Assembly: GCA_963776275.1 (NCBI GenBank)
Contig: CAVZMI010000020.1
Span: 32,001-96,000 of the forward strand
Source of the DNA: Ignavibacteriota bacterium
GTDB taxonomy: Bacteria > Bacteroidota > Ignavibacteria > UBA10030 > CAVZMI01
DNA: 64,000 bases
Direction: 5' to 3'
This document shows, one piece after another, positions 1 through 8,818 of this stretch (the first letter of the stretch is position 1; each line of letters begins with the position of its first letter). A program made the translations under genes and the position numbers. The notes below the pieces were generated by a model. The model saw nothing but the letters and a program-made list of their open reading frames with translations. It had not been told where the DNA came from and searched no databases.

Positions 1-823
1 CGAGCGCGATGCTTTTTATAATCCATTGAGCATTTATGCCGATAATGTCATTGGGAAAATACCGTTCCTGAATTCGGTTCCGTTTTATGCTCCTCTTGAA
101 AAAGGACAATACAGAATCCTGCCGATCGTTCCGCGTCTCATGGGATACCTGAGTGAGCAAGGTTTTATCGATGCGGGTGCTTTTTCGTTGATGGATTATT
201 TCCGTCAGGAAGAACGACTCGAACTTATGGGATGGTGTATCGCATCGCGTGATCAGGTGAAGAGCGTCATGCTGTTCTCTAAGGAAGGCTGGCGCGGTTT
301 GGAGGGAAAAACAATCGGGATCACCGGCGATACGGCTACCTCGGTCAAGCTTTTAAAGGTTCTGCTTGAAAAGAAATATGGCGTCCATGCAAAATTCGAA
401 CGCCTCCACAGCGGCGTCAACGATTATTCTCCTTATGATGCTATTCTGCTAATAGGCGATGAAGCGCTTCACCGAAATAAATATGGCCTACCCGGGTTTG
501 AACTCGTGTTCGATCTGGCGTCAGAATGGTACGATTGGCAAAAATATCCATTTGTTTTCGCAGTTTGGGGAATGAAAAAAGATCTCCCCGAGAAAGCAAA
601 GGAAGAACTCCGTATGATGATTGGTCAAGCACTTGAAAAATCGGAAGAGAATTTTATTTCTGCTGCCGGCCTTCATGGAAGGGCAATCGGCCTGACCGAT
701 AAAGAGACACAGGAATTTCTTGAAGGATTCAACTATCGTCTCGGTGAACGTGAAAAGAAGGCGATGTGGATTTTCAGACATCTTCTCGAAGAGATTGAAT
801 ATCCGGTCACATACGAAGAGTGA
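1..823 (+). CDS. mqnA: Chorismate dehydratase MqnA domain, 5'-partial; probably the C-terminal part of an MqnE-MqnA fusion
   Basis: GKIPFLNSVP N-terminal motif, LLIGDEAL and DLASEW...PFVFAVW are typical of MqnA; the frame is open from base 2 (ERDAFYNP-LSIY); adjacent to mqnC. Confidence 0.85.
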   Translation, partial: ERDAFYNPLSIYADNVIGKIPFLNSVPFYAPLEKGQYRILPIVPRLMGYLSEQGFIDAGAFSLMDYFRQEERLELMGWCIASRDQVKSVMLFSKEGWRGLEGKTIGITGDTATSVKLLKVLLEKKYGVHAKFERLHSGVNDYSPYDAILLIGDEALHRNKYGLPGFELVFDLASEWYDWQKYPFVFAVWGMKKDLPEKAKEELRMMIGQALEKSEENFISAAGLHGRAIGLTDKETQEFLEGFNYRLGEREKKAMWIFRHLLEEIEYPVTYEE

Positions 824-1920
824 CAATGCAATTATCAGAACTCCATACAAAAATCCGTGCAGGAGAGCGCATTACCCGCGACGAGGGTCTGTACCTTCTC
901 CAAAAAGGGGAGCTCCTTGATCTCGGGGCTCTGGCCGGCGAGATACGGTTTAAAAAAAATCCCAATCCCTGGGTGACTTTTATCCTCGATACAAATCCGA
1001 ATTATTCCAATGTCTGCACGGTCGACTGTATTTTCTGCGCGTTCTATCGTCATCAGGAGGATGAGGATGCCTATACGTATTCCGTCGATCACCTGGTTGA
1101 AAAATTTAAGGAAGCCGCAGCGAAGGGGGCGACAACGGTATTACTTCAGGGCGGAGTTCATCCTTCACTCCCTTTCGAGTACTATCTCGAGCTGGTCAGA
1201 CGGACACGTGAAGAAGTTCCCGATGTTCATCCTCATTTCTTTTCGACTTCAGAAATCATCGGTATGGGACAGATTTCCGGATTGAGCATAACAGCAGTTC
1301 TCGAAAAATTGAAAGAAGCCGGAATGAATTCTCTTCCCGGCGGCGGAGCCGAAATTCTTTCAGACCGGGTTAAAAAGAAAATTAGCAGTCTGAAAGGCAC
1401 GTCGGCAGACTGGCTCAACGTTATGCGTGAGGCGCATCGACTGGGATATAAGTCGACAGCAACCATGATGTACGGCCATCTGGAGACCGATGAGGATATT
1501 ATCGAACATCTTGAAGTCATCCGTCAGCTGCAGGACGAATATCACGGCTTCACCGCGTTTGTTCCCTGGAGTTTTAAACCTGGAAACACGCCGCTGGAAA
1601 AAATCATTCCACACTACGCGACACCGATTAGGTATTTGCAGATAATCGCCATCTCGCGAATTTACCTGGATAATTTCGCGCATATCCAGGCATCATGGTT
1701 TTCGGAGGGCAAGAAGACCGGCCAGATCGCTCTGCATTTCGGAGCCGACGATTTCGGCGGAACGCTTCAGGAAGAGAATGTCCATGCAGCGGCAAATTTC
1801 ATCAATACAACCGATACGGAAGAATGCCTTTCAATGATACGCGAGGCCGGTTTCATCCCCGTGCAGCGGTCGACGTTGTATGAAACAATTCGAATTTTTG
1901 AAGAAGCACAAGTTGCATAA
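820..1920 (+). CDS. mqnC: Dehypoxanthine futalosine cyclase (radical SAM)
   Basis: CxxxCxxC (CTVDCIFC), LLQGG, SLPGGGAEIL, HIQASW, GADDFGGT, C-terminal QRSTLYE. Confidence 0.88.
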   Translation: MTMQLSELHTKIRAGERITRDEGLYLLQKGELLDLGALAGEIRFKKNPNPWVTFILDTNPNYSNVCTVDCIFCAFYRHQEDEDAYTYSVDHLVEKFKEAAAKGATTVLLQGGVHPSLPFEYYLELVRRTREEVPDVHPHFFSTSEIIGMGQISGLSITAVLEKLKEAGMNSLPGGGAEILSDRVKKKISSLKGTSADWLNVMREAHRLGYKSTATMMYGHLETDEDIIEHLEVIRQLQDEYHGFTAFVPWSFKPGNTPLEKIIPHYATPIRYLQIIAISRIYLDNFAHIQASWFSEGKKTGQIALHFGADDFGGTLQEENVHAAANFINTTDTEECLSMIREAGFIPVQRSTLYETIRIFEEAQVA

Positions 1921-1929
1921 TCCTGTAAA

Positions 1930-2958
1930 ATGAAAACTCGATTCCTGAAAACATCGACGGTTCATCGCCGGCGGAGCATTGCCATTGCATCACAATTGAT
2001 CCGCGAGGGAAAGCTTGTTGCTTTTCCGACGGAGACCGTCTATGGTCTCGGCGCGAATGTCTACAATACCCGTGCAATCAGGAATATTTTTCGAGTCAAA
2101 GGTCGTCCGCAGGACAATCCGTTGATCGTACATATCCGGTCAATCGATCAGGTTGCACTATTAGTTCGATCGATTCCTGTAATGTTTTTTGCTCTTGCCA
2201 GACGCTTTTTCCCCGGTCCGCTTACTCTGGTTATGAAAAAATCAGCCGTAATTCCGGATATCGTGACTGCCGGACTTTCCACGGTCGCAATCCGTATGCC
2301 CGATCATTCGATTGCCAGGCAGCTCCTTAAACATTCATGTGTACCTATCGTAGCTCCGTCGGCGAATCTTTCCGGGAAGCCAAGTCCTACATCAGCCGAA
2401 CATGTTCGTGACGATCTCGACGGAAAAATCGACGCCATCCTTGATGGCGGGCGATGTAAAATCGGAGTTGAATCGACAGTTCTCGATATTACACACAGAA
2501 TCCCGGTTATCCTCAGGCCGGGAGGTGTCACCCGTGAAGAAATCGAAAATGTACTGCGATGCCGCGTTAGAGTCGCCCGGACGACACGGAAACGTCCGTC
2601 ATCCCCCGGAATGAAATATACTCATTATGCTCCCGACGCCGGGGTCATTCTCTTTGAAGGAGAAAGATCGGCGGTGCTTCACGCAATGAAACAAGCGGCT
2701 TTTAGACTGAAAAAAAAGCATGTTGTTGTCGGAATAATGGCAAGCGCTGATTTTGAATGCTCGTTCAAAGGCTTGAATTTCTTTTCTCTTGGTAAGTCAG
2801 GAGCGTTCAGTGCGGCACAACTATTGTACGATGGGTTCCGGACGCTTGACCGTAAGGGCATCGCAGTAATTCTCTGTCAGGGTTTTACCGATACACATAT
2901 CGGGAGCGCACTGATGAACCGGATGAGAAAGGCAGCATGGAGAAGAATCAGGGTATAA
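1930..2958 (+). CDS. tsaC: L-threonylcarbamoyladenylate synthase (Sua5/TsaC2)
   Basis: VAFPTETVYGLGAN, KGRPQDNPLIVH, APSANLSG, SPGMKYTHYAP plus SUA5 C-terminal domain. Confidence 0.95.
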   Translation: MKTRFLKTSTVHRRRSIAIASQLIREGKLVAFPTETVYGLGANVYNTRAIRNIFRVKGRPQDNPLIVHIRSIDQVALLVRSIPVMFFALARRFFPGPLTLVMKKSAVIPDIVTAGLSTVAIRMPDHSIARQLLKHSCVPIVAPSANLSGKPSPTSAEHVRDDLDGKIDAILDGGRCKIGVESTVLDITHRIPVILRPGGVTREEIENVLRCRVRVARTTRKRPSSPGMKYTHYAPDAGVILFEGERSAVLHAMKQAAFRLKKKHVVVGIMASADFECSFKGLNFFSLGKSGAFSAAQLLYDGFRTLDRKGIAVILCQGFTDTHIGSALMNRMRKAAWRRIRV

Positions 2959-3005
2959 TATGACATCCGAGGAAATTTATAATTTTTGATTCATGATCTA
3001 TGAGT

Positions 3006-3838
3006 TTAATAGAGTACGATCTTGGGAAGTATTGGAATGAGCTTTTTATTGAAGGCAAGTTGATAGAGTCGTTCTAATCCTTCCTTCCCTTTTTCACCCA
3101 TATCGATTGTCAGCTCGCTGACATACATCTTTACAAATTTTTCGCCGAGATCACGGCCGATGCCGCGTCCCCACTGCAATGCATATGGAATTGATTCATT
3201 CTGATGGGTGTATCCGTAATGAATGCTCTCCTTAAGTCCTTTTGAAATTTGCCGTGCCGTATCTTCACCCAAATCTTTTCGTACCACGTCAAGTCCCAGC
3301 GGCAGAGGCAATCCGTCGGTTTCTCTTTCCCACAATTCTCCAAAATCGAGGATTTTGTTAAATCCTTTGGCCTTATATGTAATTTGCCCTTCATGAATCA
3401 GCACACCTGCATCATACGTACCATCTTTCACCGTATCCATAATACGATCGAAAGGGATATCGACGTTAGATATTTCATTTGTGAATATTTTCAAGAGCAG
3501 GGTTGCAGTAGTGAGTGGACCGGGGTGGCTATTCTTTTCCCTCTTAACTCCTCGAGCATTGAATATTTCGTAGAAACAAGAACCGGTCCATATCCTTCTC
3601 CCATACTCGCACCGGTTGCCATTATCCAGTAACGATCCTGGACATACGGGAAAGCATGTGCCGAGATCGCGGTAACTTCAAGCTCCCCTTTCATCGCACG
3701 CTTATTGAGTGATTGTATATCTTCAAGTATATGCTTGATATCGAAATCGTCGATCTTTACCTTCCCCCTTGCCAACCCGTAAAACATAAAAGCATCGTCG
3801 GGATCAGGACTGTGCCCTAGTGTCAGAATACGTGCCAT
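3006..3838 (-). CDS. mqnD: 1,4-dihydroxy-6-naphthoate synthase, split by a 1-nt frameshift near 3522 (probable sequencing error)
   Basis: LGHSPDPDDAFMFYGL in the first ORF; LIHEGQITY and LPLPLG in the second; adding one base to the G4 run restores ATPGPLTTATLL. Confidence 0.88.
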
Positions 3839-3916
3839 GTGTTCATCCATTATAATTATTATCTTTCAAGATACGAAACATTTGACACTCAAACAAAAAT
3901 CATCGATATTTTCATT

Positions 3917-4195
3917 ATGCGATCAAATCGAAAAGAGATACTCAAAATACTTCAGACAATACCCGGTGTCGGCAAATCAATTTCCGTCGATCTTTATAAC
4001 CTCGGCATCCGCTCTGTGCACGATCTGCAAAAGAAAAAACCCGAGAGGCTCTTTGAAAAACACTGTACACAAAAGGGAGTGCTTGTTGACCGGTGCATGT
4101 TATACGTTCTGCGCTGTGCCGTCTACTATGCATCGACAAAAAATCCAAAACCTGAGTTGTTACGATGGTGGAACTGGAAGGATACCCTTAGATGA
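3917..4195 (+). CDS. Helix-hairpin-helix protein, Cdd1/mitomycin-resistance McrB-like
   Basis: LQTIPGVGKSI HhH motif, DRCMLYVLRCAVYYA, C-terminal WWNWKD. Confidence 0.75.
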   Translation: MRSNRKEILKILQTIPGVGKSISVDLYNLGIRSVHDLQKKKPERLFEKHCTQKGVLVDRCMLYVLRCAVYYASTKNPKPELLRWWNWKDTLR

Positions 4196-5397
4196 AAAAA
4201 ATTCAGAAAAAATCGCTCTCTCTCGCAACTCGGGCGATTCATGGAAAAGAGTGCTACCCTTATACAGGACCGGTGTCTCAACCGATATATCAAACCTCCA
4301 CATACCGCTTTGAAAATTCTCGGTATCCAATCCGGTACGCAAGAGGAGACCGTGATGTCTATGTGTACACGCGGTACCATAATCCTACAGTAAAGAATGT
4401 TGAAGAAAAAATTGCTTTAATGGAAGGGGGCGAAGAGGCGGCCCTGTTCACTTCCGGCATGGCGGCAATCTCTACTGCAATCCTCTCCGTCGTACATGCC
4501 GGCGACGAGATCGTTAGTACTCAAGCGTTGTACGGCGGAACATACCGTTTTTTTCGTGATATTCTTCCTCACCACGATATCTCGGTAAAATACGTACCGC
4601 ATGATCAGCTGGAATCTCTCGGATCACTGATTACATCAAAGACGAAGCTTGTCTATCTCGAAACACCGACAAATCCGACCCTCAATATAGTCGATGTGAA
4701 ACGAGCCGTTGCTCTGGTCAAAAAAATCGAGAGGAGATTGCACATTCATATCGTGACGATGATCGACAACACGTTCGCTTCAATATATAATCAGGATCCT
4801 TTTACACTGGGTGTCGATGTCATCGTTGAAAGCGCAACAAAATATCTAGGAGGACATTCCGATCTTCTTGCGGGAGTTGTTATCGGATCGAAGAAATTTC
4901 TTCGTATCGTACGTCACAATGCAAAGTACTACGGTGGCTGTGCCGATCCGTTCATGGCGTATCTTTTATTCAGAAGTTTAAAGACGTACGCACTCCGCTT
5001 GCAGCGTCAGAATGAAAACGCATATACGCTTGCGCGGGCTCTCGAAAAGCATTCAAAGGTGAAGCGTATATTTTACCCGGGAATTCCTTCGCACCCGCAA
5101 CATGCAATTGCAAAGAAACAGATGTTGGGTTTCGGTGGTATGGTTACGATTGAAGTAATAAAGGGGATCAGGGGTGCCGTCAAACTTTGTAACAATTTGC
5201 ATATAGCCGTAAATGCGATGAGTCTCGGCAGCGTAGAAACGCTCGTCAGCATCCCGGTGTATTCATCGCACGTCAATATGTCCGGTGAAGAACTTAAGCA
5301 ACAAGGGGTATCACCGGGTATGGTACGGATATCCGTCGGGGTTGAAGGAATTAACGATATAATAGCAGATTTTCGCCAGGCCTTGAAAAAGGTTTAA
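4192..5397 (+). CDS. PLP-dependent Cys/Met metabolism enzyme (methionine gamma-lyase / cystathionine gamma-synthase family)
   Basis: PIYQTSTY, YTRYHNPT, FTSGMAAI, ETPTNP, DNTF, SATKYLGGHSD (PLP lysine), SLGSVETL. Confidence 0.92.
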   Translation: MKKIQKKSLSLATRAIHGKECYPYTGPVSQPIYQTSTYRFENSRYPIRYARGDRDVYVYTRYHNPTVKNVEEKIALMEGGEEAALFTSGMAAISTAILSVVHAGDEIVSTQALYGGTYRFFRDILPHHDISVKYVPHDQLESLGSLITSKTKLVYLETPTNPTLNIVDVKRAVALVKKIERRLHIHIVTMIDNTFASIYNQDPFTLGVDVIVESATKYLGGHSDLLAGVVIGSKKFLRIVRHNAKYYGGCADPFMAYLLFRSLKTYALRLQRQNENAYTLARALEKHSKVKRIFYPGIPSHPQHAIAKKQMLGFGGMVTIEVIKGIRGAVKLCNNLHIAVNAMSLGSVETLVSIPVYSSHVNMSGEELKQQGVSPGMVRISVGVEGINDIIADFRQALKKV

Positions 5398-5647
5398 AAC
5401 CTGATTGGAAAAGAAAGGGTTTATTGAAAAAGGCAGTTATTAGGCATAATCAAACGCTGTTTTTGTGTTAGATGTGCCAGATACGCCCTGCCGCTATATA
5501 TAAATGTACCATGCTGATATGGGGCACAGCCAGGCCAATGTAACCCGGCTGTTCAAATAAATGGAGGCGGAGATTGATTTTCTGCACGAACTTCTGTACA
5601 ATCGTGTGGATATAATATTCTGTCTCACGATCATGTGAGGAGGATTT

Positions 5648-6247
5648 ATGGGTTCACCTCTTCAAGCTGAGGGAAATCCATCAGTAAAAAAAGTAAAAAC
5701 GTACGAGATGTATGTCGTACCGATAAAACAATCACTCTATCGGCGCTTTTTCTCTCAAAAATTTCTGATCACTTCTGAGACAAATCCATTCGGCACAATG
5801 GTGCTCAATTTCCGTAGCATTGATTTTCACGCTACTAACGGAGAATCTTTTTCTCTCATTGTCCGATGGGAAAAACTGAGACCTCATTTCAAGTTGATGC
5901 AACACGGAAAAGAAAATCCTGCTGCTCATACTGATCCTACGGTCAAATCAAGCCGGCAATTCATTCTGATCGACGATTCAACGGGTTCGAAGTGTGTTCT
6001 TCGCGCCGCTGGTCCGCTGGCAAGCTTATGGGGGTTGGAAGGAGAAAATGAATCGATTATAGCACAATTCAGCCGCCATCATCGTCTTTTTCCGAAGAGT
6101 GTTTCTGAAAAAAGACTCTCTTCAATCACTTCATTTGAAAAAGTCGCCGCACGACAAATCGATTCTGCCGAAGATCCGGCACAGCTGCCAATTCTGCCGA
6201 TTTTCGCGCAGATGATACTCTTCTCGCTTGAATCACACGGTGCATGA
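5648..6247 (+). CDS. Hypothetical protein
   Basis: 199-aa ORF with strong RBS (GAGGAGG) 4 nt before the ATG, followed by a terminator; no family recognised. Confidence 0.6.
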   Translation: MGSPLQAEGNPSVKKVKTYEMYVVPIKQSLYRRFFSQKFLITSETNPFGTMVLNFRSIDFHATNGESFSLIVRWEKLRPHFKLMQHGKENPAAHTDPTVKSSRQFILIDDSTGSKCVLRAAGPLASLWGLEGENESIIAQFSRHHRLFPKSVSEKRLSSITSFEKVAARQIDSAEDPAQLPILPIFAQMILFSLESHGA

Positions 6248-6294
6248 GGCGGTAGCCCGGCAGTTATATAAATATTTCATTCAATCAAAAAACG

Positions 6295-6330
6295 AAAACG
6301 CCCGTTCACCCATTGTGAGACGGGCGTTTT
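6295..6330. terminator. Bidirectional intrinsic terminator
   Basis: AAAACGCCCGT-TCAC...GTGA-G-ACGGGCGTTTT hairpin between convergent genes. Confidence 0.8.
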
Positions 6331-6348
6331 GTATGGATCTCATCACGT

Positions 6349-6579
6349 TTATTCGACAACGTGTTCAACGGCCTCTGCAAGCGCATGTTGGAAGTTGACG
6401 ATATCGTTGTTGAAGACGGTCATGAAAGCTCGCTCACGTTCCCGGTCTTTGTTGAAGCGGGATTGAGAAATCACGAGATACTTCTTCCCGTTTTTTGCTT
6501 CCTTCACATCGAAGAAAAATGTGCTGGTGTTTGCTTTCACCATAGTGGTGAATACCTGCTGTTTCGTTTCCTGTTCCAT
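6349..6579 (-). CDS. PUR-alpha-like ssDNA/RNA-binding protein (DUF3276 family)
   Basis: VFTTMVKA...TFFFDVKE...KYLVISQSR...F...L pattern of a single PUR repeat; RBS AAAGGA. Confidence 0.82.
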   Translation of the reverse strand: MEQETKQQVFTTMVKANTSTFFFDVKEAKNGKKYLVISQSRFNKDRERERAFMTVFNNDIVNFQHALAEAVEHVVE

Positions 6580-6741
6580 CGTTTGATCCTTTCGTTTTAC
6601 AGTTGCGTAATTGACTTAGTACCGCTCCAACGAGCATTCTAAATTGATTCTATGTTATTATGTATGTTGGATCGTGTACCTTGCCCTTTTAATAGTTAGA
6701 AATGGTTAAGGGGCACTTTAAAATATCCATCTCTAATATAG

Positions 6742-6760
6742 AGAACGAATTCAGGTTACA
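6742..6760 (-). promoter_or_regulatory. Putative operator/promoter element TGTAACCT-N3-TTCGTTCT, copy 1
   Basis: 16/19 identical to 8578-8596; same orientation; upstream of the PUR gene. Confidence 0.55.
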
Positions 6761-6819
6761 CTATTTCCGGAATAAAATATGATCACTGCGATCGCAGAAT
6801 AGATCCGAAGAATGGAGAG

Positions 6820-7329
6820 TTAAAAGTACCTGGACGGGTATTCGAGGGAAGAAAGCTTCAGGCGGAGAGCTTCGTTACTAACATCATATCTCATACGGAG
6901 AATTGAGAGATCGCTTTCTTTTACCGCCATGGTACGGAGATCATTGCTCGGCATGAGAAGTTCGGCAGCAAATAGATCCGCTTCGCGGTTGAAGCGCCTG
7001 ATTTCATCTTGAGTGGAACGTGCTTCCGGTGGATGTTTTAAAAGAATATGACCGAGCTCATGTGCAAGCGAAAAACGCTGTCGGCGGGGATGGTGTTTGC
7101 CGTTGATACCGATAAGCTTTTTATCAAGGCTGACAATGCCCGAGAGCTCCGGGGGAAGTGTCGTTAACAATATCACCTGGTAGCCGCAAAGTGAGGCGAT
7201 GGTTTCAATTGGAACAGGAAGCTGTTTATGTCCTGTAACCTGCTCAAGACGCCCGAGTACGCTCCGAGCCAGGGTAATACAGTGACTCTCACGGTTCAAG
7301 ACCGTCGGTCGCACGTTTGATATATTCAT
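6820..7329 (-). CDS. ImmA/IrrE-family Zn metallo-endopeptidase (alternative start TTG at 7299)
   Basis: PVPIETIA, RQRFSLAHELGHILL (HExxH), EADLFAAELLMP, C-terminal YDVSNEALRLKL; no GAF domain. Confidence 0.9.
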   Translation of the reverse strand: MNISNVRPTVLNRESHCITLARSVLGRLEQVTGHKQLPVPIETIASLCGYQVILLTTLPPELSGIVSLDKKLIGINGKHHPRRQRFSLAHELGHILLKHPPEARSTQDEIRRFNREADLFAAELLMPSNDLRTMAVKESDLSILRMRYDVSNEALRLKLSSLEYPSRYF

Positions 7330-7912
7330 TTATCTGCTCTTGCCGGTCCGGTGAAATGTGAATATCAGCCTTCACAAAAAGTTCGCGAACTGCTTTTTGC
7401 ATTTCTTTCGATTTATGCCGGTTTTGCTTCGCATCATACCGGGCAAGCGTCGAAGCCAGCGAAGGATTCAGGTTTGCACATCGAATGGAATTTTTTATCA
7501 GCACGACCGCTGCCTGCGACGGAAGCGAAAGATAATGCAACAATAAATTCATGGCATTTGCGGGGATCTCCAGGGGCGAGAGCGTATCGCGGCAGAGACG
7601 GGTCAATTGCGATACCGCAATACCAGCCTTTTTTGCCATCGACGCGAGCACAACCGATTCCTTTTTCCGCGCATGAGTAATAACCTCGCGTGTAATATAC
7701 TCTCCAAGCGTGAGTGCTCCTTTTGTCGCCTGCGCGGCTTTCCGTTCATCAAGGATAGCAACAAGCCGATTATGCAGCTGCTCCAATTTCTGTGCGGAAA
7801 TTCTCTCTACAGGAGCCCGTTTCATCACAACCTTTTCAATCAAGCCCCTTGTCGTGATTCTCCCATCAAGGTATGCAAGCTGCAAAATGAGATCTATTGA
7901 GTCTCGTTTCAT
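7289..7912 (-). CDS. Putative XRE/Cro-C1 HTH regulator, possibly an anti-sigma factor
   Basis: TLGEYI...SMAKKAGIAVSQLTRLCRD resembles an XRE HTH; ATGA overlap with the sigma gene. Confidence 0.6.
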   Translation of the reverse strand: MKRDSIDLILQLAYLDGRITTRGLIEKVVMKRAPVERISAQKLEQLHNRLVAILDERKAAQATKGALTLGEYITREVITHARKKESVVLASMAKKAGIAVSQLTRLCRDTLSPLEIPANAMNLLLHYLSLPSQAAVVLIKNSIRCANLNPSLASTLARYDAKQNRHKSKEMQKAVRELFVKADIHISPDRQEQINEYIKRATDGLEP

Positions 7913-8559
7913 ACGTTCTCTGTTATAAATGGAATATGATGCTTTTCAAATTCTTCCCTGAGTTTTTGAATAAATTTACTTTTCACTCTCAGATGGTATA
8001 TTTTCAACTGTTTTGCCGGTCTATCGACATAAGGGGCAATCTCTTCGTACGGAATATCGAGTGCCCGGCATCGAAGCAGCACCCGCTCCCAGGTTTCCAT
8101 CGATTGTAGCGTTTCGACAACCAATTGCAGCGGCCGGCTCCCTAATTCACTTGTATCCCCTTCCCCATCTATGAAATCTTGAATTACAATATCTGCAATC
8201 TCCCGTGCTGCCGTGAAGGCCTCATCATCCCCCCTCGCTCCTTCCGAAAACACCTCCATTTTCATCCCATGCAAATCCTGCTGCCTCAGAAAATCCCTCG
8301 CACGATTCCGCAGAATTGTAAAAACCCACCGCGCAAAATCTTCATCAGAGTTCCTGAATGAAAAGAGCGAAATACGCTGGACTACAGCCAGCAGGACATC
8401 GCTAACAATTTCCTCAGCATCTTCACGGAGAATGTGAAATGTCCCTACCAGATGCTCAAAAAGCCTGTGCTGATACACCTGCATCAGATGAGTGCATCCG
8501 GAACGATCCCCCGCTTTCAGTTCTTCGACAATTTGCCGGTTTGATATCTGTTGACCCAA
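7909..8559 (-). CDS. ECF-type sigma-70 factor
   Basis: Region 2: DAEEIVSDV...FARWVFTILRNRARDFLR; region 4: LQSMETWERVLL...IPYEEIA. Confidence 0.82.
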   Translation of the reverse strand: MGQQISNRQIVEELKAGDRSGCTHLMQVYQHRLFEHLVGTFHILREDAEEIVSDVLLAVVQRISLFSFRNSDEDFARWVFTILRNRARDFLRQQDLHGMKMEVFSEGARGDDEAFTAAREIADIVIQDFIDGEGDTSELGSRPLQLVVETLQSMETWERVLLRCRALDIPYEEIAPYVDRPAKQLKIYHLRVKSKFIQKLREEFEKHHIPFITENV

Positions 8560-8577
8560 ATCTGCCCTATAGAAGAT

Positions 8578-8596
8578 AGAACGAAAAGAGGTTACA
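8578..8596 (-). promoter_or_regulatory. Putative operator/promoter element TGTAACCT-N3-TTCGTTCT, copy 2
   Basis: Ends 18 nt upstream of the ECF sigma TTG start; 16/19 identical to 6742-6760. Confidence 0.55.
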
Positions 8597-8818
8597 ATTA
8601 TCTTGTCATGGGGAAAAATGCGGGGGTTACAGGAAATGTTAATAATTTTAGTATAAGACGGGGCAATTCTACAAAGTACTTTTTACTCCTATTTTCTACT
8701 CTACATCTTCTCCGGCGCCGTAAATATGAATCGCACTTCTAAAATCGGAAATCCCGAAGGGTCGTAGACATCAATCAAAAATCAGAAATTCTATAGCCCT
8801 GAAGACTTTATCTTCTCG

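Noticed and set aside
5540-5556. TGTAACC at 5540 and 11656 as further copies of the sigma/PUR motif
   Set aside because: The TTCGTTCT half is missing or wrongly spaced
6820-8559. Prophage or ICE immunity region
   Set aside because: No integrase, att repeats, phage or conjugation genes in the flanks
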